64,000 nucleotides of DNA from an uncultured Candidatus Rokubacteria bacterium (GTDB lineage: Bacteria > Methylomirabilota > Methylomirabilia > Rokubacteriales > DASRDR01), in assembly GCA_963805625.1 (NCBI GenBank), contig CAWDVE010000011.1, forward strand, positions 96,001-160,000, in the 5' to 3' direction. The notes beneath the pieces were generated by a model. The model made no database searches. It was not told the DNA's origin and saw nothing but the letters and a program-made list of their open reading frames with translations. Below are positions 29,941-39,166 of this stretch, in pieces. How positions within the stretch are numbered: the stretch's first letter is position 1; each line of letters opens with the position of its first letter. A program made the position numbers and the translations under genes.

Positions 29941-31293
29941 ATGTCAGACGCCAAGACGACGCCGACCTCTCGGACGCCCTCACGACGCACAATGCTCCGC
30001 CTCGGCGGGACCGCGCTTGCCTCGGCCGCGGCCGGCCCGTTCGTCTTCACGCCCGCGCGCGCCCAGGGCTTCAACTGGAAGCGCTTCCAAGGAAAGGAGC
30101 TCTACCTCCTGCTGTCGAAGCACCCCTGGGTCGACGTCCTCGAGAAGAACATCCCCGAGTTCGAGTCGCTGTCCGGAATGAAGGTCAAGTGGGAGACCCT
30201 GCCCGAGATCCAGGCCCGCCAGAAGATGACGGTCGAGATGACCGGTGGCTCCACCGGGATCGACGCATTCTTCACGTCCCTTCACGTGGAGAAGAAACGG
30301 TTCTGGAAGGCGGGCTGGTACCACCCCCTGAACAAGTTCCTGGACGACCCCACTCTGACGAGCCCCGAGTTCGACTGGAAGGACTTCACCGACGGCGCCC
30401 GGGCCGGCGCGACGCAGGCCGACGGCAGCATTTCCGCGCTTCCGGCCTTCATCGACGCCAACGTGCTCTTCTACCGGAAGGACGTGTTTGCCCAGAAGGG
30501 CCTCACGCCCCCGAAGACGCTCGCCGAGCTCGAGCAGACGGTCGCCAAGCTCCACGCCCCGCCGGGAATGTACGGGATCGTGCTGCGCGGGCTCAAGAAC
30601 GCGAACGCCACCCAGTATCCGAGCGTGTTGTTCCAGATGGGCGGGGCTTACCTCACCCAGGACGGCAAGGCGGCCCTCGATACGAAGGAGGGCGTCGCCG
30701 CCATGGATTACTACACGCGCATCCTGCGTCAGTACGCGCCGCCCGGCGTGGTGAACTTCAACTGGTACGAGGCCTCCTCGGCCTTCTTCCAGGGCCAGGT
30801 GGCGGTCTACATGGACGGGGTCAACTTCGCGAGCCAGTTCGAGGACCCGCAGAAGTCGAAGGTCGTGGGCAAGGTGGGCTACGCCATGCTCCCCTCGGGG
30901 CCCGGCGGCCATTTCTCCCCGATCTACATCACTGGCATGGCCGTCTCGTCGGCGAGCCGCAGCAAGGAGGCCGCCTACCTGTTCGCGCAGTGGGCGACGA
31001 ACAAGCAGAACGCCGTCCGCGAGCTGATGGCCGGCGTGGGCGTGGGGCGCTCGGGTGCCTGGGACAATCCCGAGCTGAAGGCGAAGCCGAAGATGCCCAT
31101 GGACTGGTACCAGGCCTACCAGGCGTCCCTCAAGATCGGGCGGCAGGGCCTGCCTGAGATCGTGGCCGTGACCGAGTACCGGGACATCATCGGGGTCGCC
31201 ATCCAGAAGGCCATCGAGGGGGCACCGGCAGCGCAGGTGTGCGCGCAGGCGCAGAAGGAGTTCCAGGAACTCCTGGCACGAACCGAGGGCTAA
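29941..31293 (+). CDS. Tat-exported sugar-family ABC substrate-binding protein (copy 2)
   Basis: SRRTML signal; close paralog of 26894..28246. Confidence 0.9.
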   Translation: MSDAKTTPTSRTPSRRTMLRLGGTALASAAAGPFVFTPARAQGFNWKRFQGKELYLLLSKHPWVDVLEKNIPEFESLSGMKVKWETLPEIQARQKMTVEMTGGSTGIDAFFTSLHVEKKRFWKAGWYHPLNKFLDDPTLTSPEFDWKDFTDGARAGATQADGSISALPAFIDANVLFYRKDVFAQKGLTPPKTLAELEQTVAKLHAPPGMYGIVLRGLKNANATQYPSVLFQMGGAYLTQDGKAALDTKEGVAAMDYYTRILRQYAPPGVVNFNWYEASSAFFQGQVAVYMDGVNFASQFEDPQKSKVVGKVGYAMLPSGPGGHFSPIYITGMAVSSASRSKEAAYLFAQWATNKQNAVRELMAGVGVGRSGAWDNPELKAKPKMPMDWYQAYQASLKIGRQGLPEIVAVTEYRDIIGVAIQKAIEGAPAAQVCAQAQKEFQELLARTEG

Positions 31294-31300
31294 CCCGCCT

Positions 31301-32254
31301 GTGACGAGCCCCACCGAAACGACCTCCGGCGCGCGGGCGGTGAGTCCCGCGGTCGGCCGCGCCCGCGCGTCGAGGCGTCTCGGCAACTGGGGCCACCGTA
31401 ACGCGCGCTTTCTGTTCCCCGCCCCGGCCGTCCTCCTGGTGGCCGCAATCATCGTCTACCCGATCGTCTACACGGTGTGGATGAGCCTCCAGGACTGGTT
31501 CGCCTCGAGCCTGACGGCGCCTAAGTTCATCGGCGCCGCCAACTACCAGAAGATCCTCTTCGGCGACCCGCGCTTCCGCGAGGCGGTCGTCCGCACGCTC
31601 TACTTCACGGTGGTGGTCATCGCCGGCGAGACGGTGCTGGGCGTGGCGATGGCGCTCCTCTTCAACCGGGAGTTCTGGGGGCGGGGGCTCCTGCGGACGC
31701 TCGCCATCCTGCCCATGGTGGCCACGCCGGTCGCCATCGGCCTCGTGTTCGTGATGATGTACCACCCGACGCTCGGCGTGGCGAACTATCTGGTAGGCCT
31801 GACCGGCCTGGCGCCGTTCAAGTGGACCTACTCCAGCTCGACCGCGCTCTACGCGATCGCCGTCGTCGACATCTGGCAGTGGACCCCGCTCATCATGCTG
31901 ATCGCGCTGGCCGGTCTCGCGAGCCTGCCCCGGGAGCCCTACGAGGCGGCGCACATCGACGGCGCCACGGCGCTGCAGGCCTTCTGGCACATCACGCTGC
32001 CGCTCCTCCGGCCCGCCATCGTCGTCGCGATCCTCTTCCGGGCCATCGACGCGATCAAGACCTTCGACATCATCTTCATCATGACCCAGGGCGGGCCCGC
32101 TAACTCCACGGAGACGATCAACATCCTGCTCTTCAACCAGGCCTTCTCCTACTTCAACATGGGCTACGCCTCGTCCATGGCGGTGGCGCTGTTCGCGGTC
32201 GTGATGGGCGCCTCGCTGATCCTGATCAAGCTCCGGCGGACGGCGGCATGGTGA
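31301..32254 (+). CDS. carbohydrate ABC permease (MalF-like)
   Basis: DIWQWTP, YEAAHIDGA EAA motif, TQGGP, MGYASS. Confidence 0.93.
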   Translation: MTSPTETTSGARAVSPAVGRARASRRLGNWGHRNARFLFPAPAVLLVAAIIVYPIVYTVWMSLQDWFASSLTAPKFIGAANYQKILFGDPRFREAVVRTLYFTVVVIAGETVLGVAMALLFNREFWGRGLLRTLAILPMVATPVAIGLVFVMMYHPTLGVANYLVGLTGLAPFKWTYSSSTALYAIAVVDIWQWTPLIMLIALAGLASLPREPYEAAHIDGATALQAFWHITLPLLRPAIVVAILFRAIDAIKTFDIIFIMTQGGPANSTETINILLFNQAFSYFNMGYASSMAVALFAVVMGASLILIKLRRTAAW

Positions 32255-33081
32255 GTCCCGGCCGACGGCGCGGACGACTGCGCACGGCGGGCTTCTACGC
32301 GCTGGCCGCGCTCTTCATGCTCCCCACGGTGTTCGTCTTCTACTGGATGATCACGCTGTCGATGAAGCCCCAGGTGGAGGCCACGGCCTATCCGCCCTCG
32401 TTCTTCTGGTTCAGCGTGTCCGCGAACGGCTACCGGGAGGTCTTCACGAAGTACCCGTTCCTCCTCTACACGTGGAACAGCCTCGTGGTCGCGGCGGGCT
32501 GCACGGCGCTCGGCCTGGCCGTCGGGCTCCCGGCCGCCTATTCCATCGCCCGCTGGCGGCAGCGGCGCCTCGCGCTCACCGTGCTCGTGGCGCGCATCAT
32601 CCCGGGGATCTCGTACCTCATCCCCTGGTACATCTTCTTCCGGCACCTGCGCCTCATCGACACGCACGCGGCGCTGATCCTGACGCACCTGATCGTGGGC
32701 CTGCCGATCATCATCTGGGTCATGATCGGCTTCTTCGAGGATGTGCCGCCGGATCTGGAGGACGCCGCCCTGATCGACGGCTGCTCCTACTTCGGGGTGT
32801 TCTGGCGGGTGGCGCTCCCGCTCGTGCGCCCGGGCGTGGTCGCGACGGCGATCCTGTCGTTCGTCTTCTCGTGGAACAACTTCCTGTTCTCGGTGATCCT
32901 CGCCGGACGCGAGACGCGGACGCTGCCGATCGCCGTCTTCAACATGATCTCCTACGAGGAGATCAACTGGGGGACGCTGGCGGCGGCGGCGACGATGATC
33001 ACGCTTCCGGTGCTCGTGCTGGCGCTCATCGTCCAGCGTCACATCGTGACCGGGCTCACGTTCGGCGCGGTCAAGCAGTAG
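32248..33081 (+). CDS. carbohydrate ABC permease (MalG-like)
   Basis: LEDAALIDG, FSWNNF, GLTFGAVK. Confidence 0.93.
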   Translation: MVSPGRRRGRLRTAGFYALAALFMLPTVFVFYWMITLSMKPQVEATAYPPSFFWFSVSANGYREVFTKYPFLLYTWNSLVVAAGCTALGLAVGLPAAYSIARWRQRRLALTVLVARIIPGISYLIPWYIFFRHLRLIDTHAALILTHLIVGLPIIIWVMIGFFEDVPPDLEDAALIDGCSYFGVFWRVALPLVRPGVVATAILSFVFSWNNFLFSVILAGRETRTLPIAVFNMISYEEINWGTLAAAATMITLPVLVLALIVQRHIVTGLTFGAVKQ

Positions 33082-33317
33082 GGGTCAGACTTCGGTTCTT
33101 CCGAATGCCGGTCGCCGACGTCGCCGCGGCATTCCACTCGGCTGACTTCGAGACGTTGGTGCCGGTGCCGCTCCCGCCGGATGGGACCGTGATGGACCTC
33201 CCGCTGAATGTCGCGACGATCTGCGCCCTCACGTACATGTGCCTGGAAGGGAACATTCACCCGACCACCGATGGCTACGCGGTAATGACCCAGGCCTTCC
33301 TCGAGGTCCTGCCCTAG
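33082..33317 (+). pseudogene. C-terminal remnant of an SGNH/GDSL hydrolase
   Basis: VADVAAAF...NVATICALTYMC...NIHPTTDGYAVM (block V-like); no N-terminal part. Confidence 0.6.
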
Positions 33318-33545
33318 GGACGGCCGCGCGAAGCTCGGATCCGGACGGAGGCGGCGACCCGATCCCGGCGCCGCCTCTTCCCTCCGATCCGATCCGGTCC
33401 GGCCCGGCCCCGGCCGCGGCAGCCGCCGAACACCCGAGGCCTCCTCGGGCTCGGATAGCAATCGGGGCGCAGCGGTCGCCCCACCCTAACTGACTCCAGT
33501 GCGGTCCTCTCCGGGCGCGCGCGTGTTCGCGGCGCGCCGCCCAGA

Positions 33546-33977
33546 CTAGAGGGTCGAAGTCCGGCCCGTCAGCTTCGCGGCGACCTCGGGCGGGATGGGC
33601 AGCGCGCGGAGGCGGGCACCGGGCGTCTCGGGACTGGCGACCCAGGCCCGGACCTCGAAGCCCTCGGCGCAGCGCCGGTCCCCGACCGAGAGCTCGTGCT
33701 CGACCCGGAACGTCTTCTCACGCACCCACGCGACGCGCGTGCGGACCGCCACGGCATCCCCGTAGCGAACCGGCGCGACGAAGCGCGACCCCGCCTCCAG
33801 GATGGGCACCCCGACGATGCCGTAGCGGGGGAACGCCTCGGCCCACGTGAGGCCGAGCGAGGCGAACAGCGCCTCGGTGCCGATGTCGTACCACTCGAAG
33901 AAGCGCGGGTAGAAGGCGATCCCGGCCGGATCGGCGTCACCCCAGCGCACCTGGACCGTCGTCGTGTGCTCGACCAC
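33546..33977 (-). CDS. acyl-CoA thioesterase (4-hydroxybenzoyl-CoA thioesterase-like hotdog fold)
   Basis: VRWGDADPAGIAFYPRFFEW, PVRYGD. Confidence 0.9.
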   Translation of the reverse strand: MVEHTTTVQVRWGDADPAGIAFYPRFFEWYDIGTEALFASLGLTWAEAFPRYGIVGVPILEAGSRFVAPVRYGDAVAVRTRVAWVREKTFRVEHELSVGDRRCAEGFEVRAWVASPETPGARLRALPIPPEVAAKLTGRTSTL

Positions 33978-33994
33978 GCGGCGAATCCTCCGCC

Positions 33995-34069
33995 TTACCG
34001 GATGAGCCTGTCCGCGCGCAGGATGACCCCCTGGCGGAACGTGAGGCCGAGGGCCTTCGCGGTCTTCAC
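33995..34069 (-). pseudogene. C-terminal remnant of an ABC_sub_bind (DUF534-type) substrate-binding protein
   Basis: VKTAKALGLTFRQGVILRADRLIR-stop matches the family tail NLKTAKALGLTIPxSxLLRADxVI. Confidence 0.65.
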
Positions 34070-34226
34070 GCGCGCCCCACGTCGCCGCCCGGCGCGGCTT
34101 CGACCACGCCCCGAGCCTACCATGTGGGATCTGCGGCCCTGACGAGCGCCCCCCTACAACTCCTCTCCGTCACTGGGGCCGTACGCTCGTCATGCGGTTG
34201 ACACCTCGGTGGACCCATCGGGTCGC

Positions 34227-34242
34227 TGGCACACCGCTTGCG
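34227..34242 (+). promoter_or_regulatory. sigma54 (-24/-12) promoter
   Basis: TGGCAC-ACCGC-TTGCG fits the consensus TGGCAC-N5-TTGC. Confidence 0.7.
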
Positions 34243-34435
34243 ATCAATCTAGTCAGGACAGGACACCGTTGATGCCTGCGAGCAGCGAGTCTCGGGTCAT
34301 CGTGCACGAATCTCCTTCACCCGCAGGGGGTTCGGAGGCACTCGCGCTTACCCGCTCCAGGGGAGGGCAAGCCCGTCCGTCGGCGACTTTCTGGCAGGGC
34401 GCCGCCGAAGACCGTCACCCCGGGAGGTCCTGATC

Positions 34436-34945
34436 ATGGTTCTCGGCGATCTCTCGCTCTGGAAGTTGCTGAACGACCTGATTCGCGATCCCGACCCCGA
34501 TCTGGTCGACGCGGCCTCGATCCACGTCCGCGTAGGTCCCGAGATGCGGCTCGAGGTGGGACCGGAGGACTGGAGAGCTGTCGACCTCACTGCCGGTCGC
34601 GTCCACCTCCAGCCGGGGGACTTCGCGCTGGTGCCCACGCTTGAGTGGCTGATGGTGCCCAACGGTTACGCCGTCGAGCTCAAGCTCGGGAGCTCGCACG
34701 CGCGCCAAGGCTATGAGCACATGGCCGTCTGGCTCGATCCGGGCTGGTCTGGGACGGCGACCATGGGGATCCGCAACGCGACCCGGTACACACCGCTCCC
34801 GATGGAGCGGGGAATGCTCTGGGCCCAGATCATCGTCCATCAGCTCGACCAGCCCGCGGTCCGTCCCTATCGGGGCCGAGACGAGGGCACGCGCACGATC
34901 GAACGCTCGAAAGTGGCCACAGCCATCGACGGGCGCCCTCGATGA
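34436..34945 (+). CDS. dCTP deaminase homolog (divergent)
   Basis: ASIHVRVG, LQPGDFAL..TLE, SSHARQG, LDPGWSG, AQ, PY.GR. Confidence 0.8.
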   Translation: MVLGDLSLWKLLNDLIRDPDPDLVDAASIHVRVGPEMRLEVGPEDWRAVDLTAGRVHLQPGDFALVPTLEWLMVPNGYAVELKLGSSHARQGYEHMAVWLDPGWSGTATMGIRNATRYTPLPMERGMLWAQIIVHQLDQPAVRPYRGRDEGTRTIERSKVATAIDGRPR

Positions 34946-35163
34946 CGGCCACGACGACCGCGCCCGAGCAACCCGCCTTCGACCCCGACTACTATCTCGA
35001 CTGCCGCCAGCCGGGGTGGGACGTCTACGAGGATCGCGGCCTCGTCCGCTTCGAGCGCCCGCTGGGGTCGAAGCGGTCGCTGGTGTTCGTGGACGACGAT
35101 TGCACGGAAGTGCTCGAGGCCTTGCGAACGCGTGTGAGTCGCGGGGTCGAGGCCAGACGCTGA
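34942..35163 (+). CDS. small hypothetical protein
   Basis: ATGA overlap with the dcd-like stop; protein-like acidic/aromatic composition. Confidence 0.6.
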   Translation: MTATTTAPEQPAFDPDYYLDCRQPGWDVYEDRGLVRFERPLGSKRSLVFVDDDCTEVLEALRTRVSRGVEARR

Positions 35164-35273
35164 TTCGAACCCTGTTGACTCAGCGCGATTCGCGGAGCTA
35201 GCTTCTCCGGCATTCGTCGGCGCCCCGGGACGGCCGACCTCAGCGTGGCCCCAGTCGTGCTAGCCTCGACGGC

Positions 35274-35736
35274 ATGAGCCTGAAAGACGACCTCCTGCGG
35301 CAGGCCGACCACGACTTCGGCGCGCTCAAGCGCGCGATGGTGGGATTTGAGCGATGACGCCATGCGCCAGCCCTGGTCCGGCACCTGGGGGGTGCGCGAG
35401 ATCCTCGCGCACATCGCGGGGTGGCAGCGGGAGATGATTCCCGTGCTCGAGCGCGTGGCCAGCGGCGAGAAGCCGATTCCCGACGGGGTGAGCTACGCGG
35501 ACCTCGACGGGTGGAACGCGCGCCACGTCGCCGCCCGGCGCGGCCTGACCGTGGAGGGTGTCCGCGCCGAGCTCGACGCCACGCACCGCGACTTCCTCGC
35601 CGCCGCGCGGGCCGTCCCCGAGGCGCGCTTCGGGCCGGCCAAGACGGCGACGCGCATCGTGGATCTCAACGGCCCCCATCACTACCGGGATCACACGGCC
35701 CACATCCGCGCCTGGCGCCGACAGGCACACATCTAG
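35274..35736 (+). CDS. DinB-like / ClbS-DfsB four-helix bundle protein; frameshift near 35345
   Basis: MSLKDDLLRQADHDF... shifts at GGATTTGAG into W.VREILAHIAGW...HHYRDH. Confidence 0.8.
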
Positions 35737-35833
35737 GCACTCGCCTCCCGCCCGACGACTCGTGGAATTCCGTCCGGCAGTGCGTCCGTGGAGCCATCGC
35801 GCCCCGGGAGCGCCGGCTCGCGTGACGCGGCCG

Positions 35834-36679
35834 ATGATCGTCGCCCTGGCAGCTCTCGTGGCCGCCCAGGCGGCAGCCGACGCCGCGCGGGCCCGGAAGA
35901 CCCTAGAGGAGGGCCTCGTCCCCGTGACGGCGCAGGAGCTCCTCCAGCGGGCGTCCCGCGACGAGGTCGAGGTCGTCAGGCTGCTGCTCGAAGCGGGCGT
36001 CCGCCCGGACGCCGTCCAGCCGGCCGGCTGGCGCGCGGGGTGGACGGCGCTACACCACGCGGCCCGCCGCCTGGACGGGAAGACCCTGGCCCTCTTGCTC
36101 AATGCCGGCGCGCCGGTGAACGCCCAGGCGAAGGACGGCGATACGGCGCTGTGCGTGGCGGTGGGCGAGGGATACCCTTCGAACGTGGCCGATCTCCTGG
36201 CGGCGCGCGCGGACGCGACGCTCGTCTGCCGCGAGGGCCGCACGGCTCTCCACGAGGCGACCGGACGTGCCGGCGAGCCGAGGCCCTCCGCCCTCCTCGT
36301 CGCGCTCAAGGATCCGGAGCCCGGCGTCCGCAAGGTGGCCGCTGCCGCCTTCCGGTCGATGGAGGCCCCGCCCCGAGGCGCAATCGGCGCGCTCGTGGAG
36401 ATGCTTCGCGACACGAACGCCGAGCTCCGGGCCGAGGCCGCCTTCGGGCTGATGGGCTTTCACTCGCCCCCGGCCCGCGAGGCGGTGCCCGCGCTTTCGA
36501 ATTCCTTCGCCCAGGATTCCGACCGCCAGGTCCGCGTCAACGCGGCGCGCGCGCTCGGCCTGATGGGCCCCGTCGCACGCGACGCGGTCCCGGCCTTGCG
36601 GGCCGGGCTGCACGACGCGGACGAGCGCGTGCGGGACGTTGCCGCCGAGGCGCTCCAGGCCATCGAGCCCCGGCGCTGA
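35834..36679 (+). CDS. ankyrin-repeat plus HEAT-repeat protein with signal-like N-terminus
   Basis: GWTALHHAA, GDTALCVAV, GRTALHEA followed by LKDPEPGVR, LRDTNAELR, DSDRQVR, LHDADERVR. Confidence 0.8.
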   Translation: MIVALAALVAAQAAADAARARKTLEEGLVPVTAQELLQRASRDEVEVVRLLLEAGVRPDAVQPAGWRAGWTALHHAARRLDGKTLALLLNAGAPVNAQAKDGDTALCVAVGEGYPSNVADLLAARADATLVCREGRTALHEATGRAGEPRPSALLVALKDPEPGVRKVAAAAFRSMEAPPRGAIGALVEMLRDTNAELRAEAAFGLMGFHSPPAREAVPALSNSFAQDSDRQVRVNAARALGLMGPVARDAVPALRAGLHDADERVRDVAAEALQAIEPRR

Positions 36680-36719
36680 CGGGCGCGGGCGCTACCGGAG
36701 CCCGCGGCGACGGCGCCGA

Positions 36720-37409
36720 TCAGCCCGCGGCTTGAAGCCGCGCCGCAACACGGTCGAGCACCTTCTCGAACTCCGGCAGGCGCGGCACATAGCGCTGATC
36801 GACGGCTGCCTTGATCTCCGCCGGCGCGCGGGTAGGCGACCCGCCCACGAAGGGCGGCTTCGGATCATATTCGATCCCGAGCTGCACTGTCTGCGCCATT
36901 ACGGGGCCGGCGATCTCGCTCATCACGACGAACGCGAAATCGACGCCGGCGGTGACGCCGCCGCCCGTGAACGTGTTGCCGTCGCGGACCACACGCTCCT
37001 TCACCGGAATCGCGCCCACGCGCGGCAGGAGATGATGAAAGGCCCAATGGGTGGTCGCGCGCTTGCCGCGCAGGAGGCCTGCCGCGCCGAGGATGAAGGC
37101 GCCAGTGCAGACGCTCGTCACGTACTTCGCGCGCGCGCCCTCGCGGCGGATGAAGGCGATCGTTTCCTCATCCTCCATCGCCTGGTCCATGCCGAAGCCG
37201 CCGGGGATGCAGAGGAGATCGAGCGGCGGGCAGTCGGCGAACGTCGCCGTCGGCGGGATCGCCAGCGGACCATCGGACGGCACGGGCTCGCGCGTCTTGG
37301 CCACGATGTGCGTCGTCGCGCCGGGCAGGCGGTGCAGCACCTCCAGCGGCCCGGTGAAATCGAGCTGGGTCAGGTTGGGGAAGATCACGAAGCCGGTGGT
37401 GAAGCTCAT
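36720..37409 (-). CDS. DJ-1/PfpI family protein (isonitrile hydratase-like)
   Basis: LTQLDFTGP, IPGGFG, SVCTGA, ATTHW, GGVTAGVD, EYDPKPPF. Confidence 0.92.
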   Translation of the reverse strand: MSFTTGFVIFPNLTQLDFTGPLEVLHRLPGATTHIVAKTREPVPSDGPLAIPPTATFADCPPLDLLCIPGGFGMDQAMEDEETIAFIRREGARAKYVTSVCTGAFILGAAGLLRGKRATTHWAFHHLLPRVGAIPVKERVVRDGNTFTGGGVTAGVDFAFVVMSEIAGPVMAQTVQLGIEYDPKPPFVGGSPTRAPAEIKAAVDQRYVPRLPEFEKVLDRVAARLQAAG

Positions 37410-37510
37410 CGGTATACCTCCACGTCGCCTCGCCGACGTCGCTCGCCCCGGTCGTCTCGGCGTGAGTCGAAGGGCCGCGGGACGCGTGAACCGGATCGCC
37501 GAGGGGGTCG

Positions 37511-39094
37511 CTACCGGAGGCTGCGGCGCTCGTCGCGCCGGAGCTTGTACTCCACCGAGTCGACCAGGGCCTGCCAGGAGGCGTCGATGATGTTGCAGGC
37601 GACGCCGACCGTCCCCCAGGTCTCCTCGCCGTCGGCCGACGTGATCAGCACGCGCGTCTTGGCCGCGGTGCCGCTCGTCTCGTCGAGGATCCGCACCTTG
37701 TAGTCGACGAGGTGCATCTCCTGGAGGTTGGGGTAGAACTCCTCCAGCGCCTTCCGGAGCGCGTGGTCGAGGGCGTTCACGGGGCCGTTCCCGGTGGCGG
37801 CGGTGTGCTCGGACATCCCCTTGACCTGGACGCGCACCGTCGCCTCGGCGAGGGGCTCTCGATCGTCCCGCCGCGTCTCGACGATCACCCGGTAGCCCTC
37901 GAGGTCGAAATACGCGCGGTGGTTCCCGAGGGCCCGCTCCATCAGGAGCTCGAACGAGGCCTCGGCACCCTCGAACTGGTACCCCTCGTCCTCGAGCCGC
38001 TTCAAGGTCTCGAGGATCCGGCGGGTCTCGGGTGTGTCCTTGTCCAGGTCGATCCCGTACTCGCGCGCCTTCCAGAGGATGTTCGACCGTCCCGCGAGCT
38101 CGGACACCAGCACCCGCCGGTGGTTCCCCACGAGGTCGGGCGTCATGTGCTCGTAGGTCTCGGGATGCTTGAGGATCGCCGACACGTGCATCCCGGCCTT
38201 GTGCGCGAACGCCGAGTCGCCCACGAAGGGCTGGCTCTGCCAGGGCGGCCGGTTCGCCAGCTCGAAGGCGAACCGGGCGACGTCACGCAGCTCGCGGAGG
38301 TGGACCTCCGGGATCGCCTGGAGCCCGAGCTTCAGCATGACGTTCGGGATGACCGAGACCAGGTTGGCGTTCCCGCAGCGCTCCCCGAACCCGTTGAGGG
38401 TCCCTTGGACTTGCTCCGCTCCTTCCACGACCGCCGCCAGCGAGTTCGCGACGGCGCACTCCCCGTCGTTGTGGGCGTGGATCCCCAGCGGCGCCTGGAC
38501 GTGCCGCCGCGTCTCGCGCACGATCTCGGCCACCTCCGAGGGGAGCGTGCCGCCGTTCGTGTCGCAGAGCACGAGGCAGCTGGCGCCGGCTCGCTCGGCC
38601 GCGCGCAGGGTCTCCAGCGCGTAGTCGCGGTCTCGCTTGAACCCGTCGAAGTAGTGCTCGGCGTCGTACACGACCTCCTCGACGTGCTGGACCAGGAAGG
38701 CCACCGAGTCCGCGATCATGAGGAGGTTCTCGGGCAGGGTCGTCTGGAGGGCGTGCGTGACGTGGAAGGGCCAGGACTTTCCGAAGATCGTCGCCACCGG
38801 GGTGCGCGCCTCGACGAGCGCTCGGAGGCTCGGGTCCGCCTCGGCGGAGATGCCGGCCCGCCGCGTCGCGCCGAACGCCGCCACCCGCGCGTGCTTGAGC
38901 GGCACGTCGAGGATCCGGCGGAAGAACCGCATGTCCTTCGGATTCGAGCCCGGCCAGCCGCCCTCGATGTAGTGGACGCCCAGCGCGTCCAGCCGCTGGG
39001 CCAGACGCACCTTGTCCTCCATGGAGAAGGACACGCCCTCTCCCTGGGTGCCGTCCCGAAGCGTCGTGTCGTAGATCCTGATCAGGCGCGCCAT
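37511..39094 (-). CDS. cimA: citramalate synthase
   Basis: [53 protein letters not shown]. Confidence 0.93.
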   Translation of the reverse strand: MARLIRIYDTTLRDGTQGEGVSFSMEDKVRLAQRLDALGVHYIEGGWPGSNPKDMRFFRRILDVPLKHARVAAFGATRRAGISAEADPSLRALVEARTPVATIFGKSWPFHVTHALQTTLPENLLMIADSVAFLVQHVEEVVYDAEHYFDGFKRDRDYALETLRAAERAGASCLVLCDTNGGTLPSEVAEIVRETRRHVQAPLGIHAHNDGECAVANSLAAVVEGAEQVQGTLNGFGERCGNANLVSVIPNVMLKLGLQAIPEVHLRELRDVARFAFELANRPPWQSQPFVGDSAFAHKAGMHVSAILKHPETYEHMTPDLVGNHRRVLVSELAGRSNILWKAREYGIDLDKDTPETRRILETLKRLEDEGYQFEGAEASFELLMERALGNHRAYFDLEGYRVIVETRRDDREPLAEATVRVQVKGMSEHTAATGNGPVNALDHALRKALEEFYPNLQEMHLVDYKVRILDETSGTAAKTRVLITSADGEETWGTVGVACNIIDASWQALVDSVEYKLRRDERRSLR

Positions 39095-39136
39095 GGCGGG
39101 CCTCCTCATCCCCTTGGGGCCCCGAGGGGGACCCTC

Positions 39137-39166
39137 ACGATATCGGCCGCCCGGCGCGCCTGTCAA
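39137..39166 (-). promoter_or_regulatory. sigma70-type promoter of cimA
   Basis: TTGACA-N18-TATCGT upstream of GGAGG RBS. Confidence 0.55.
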
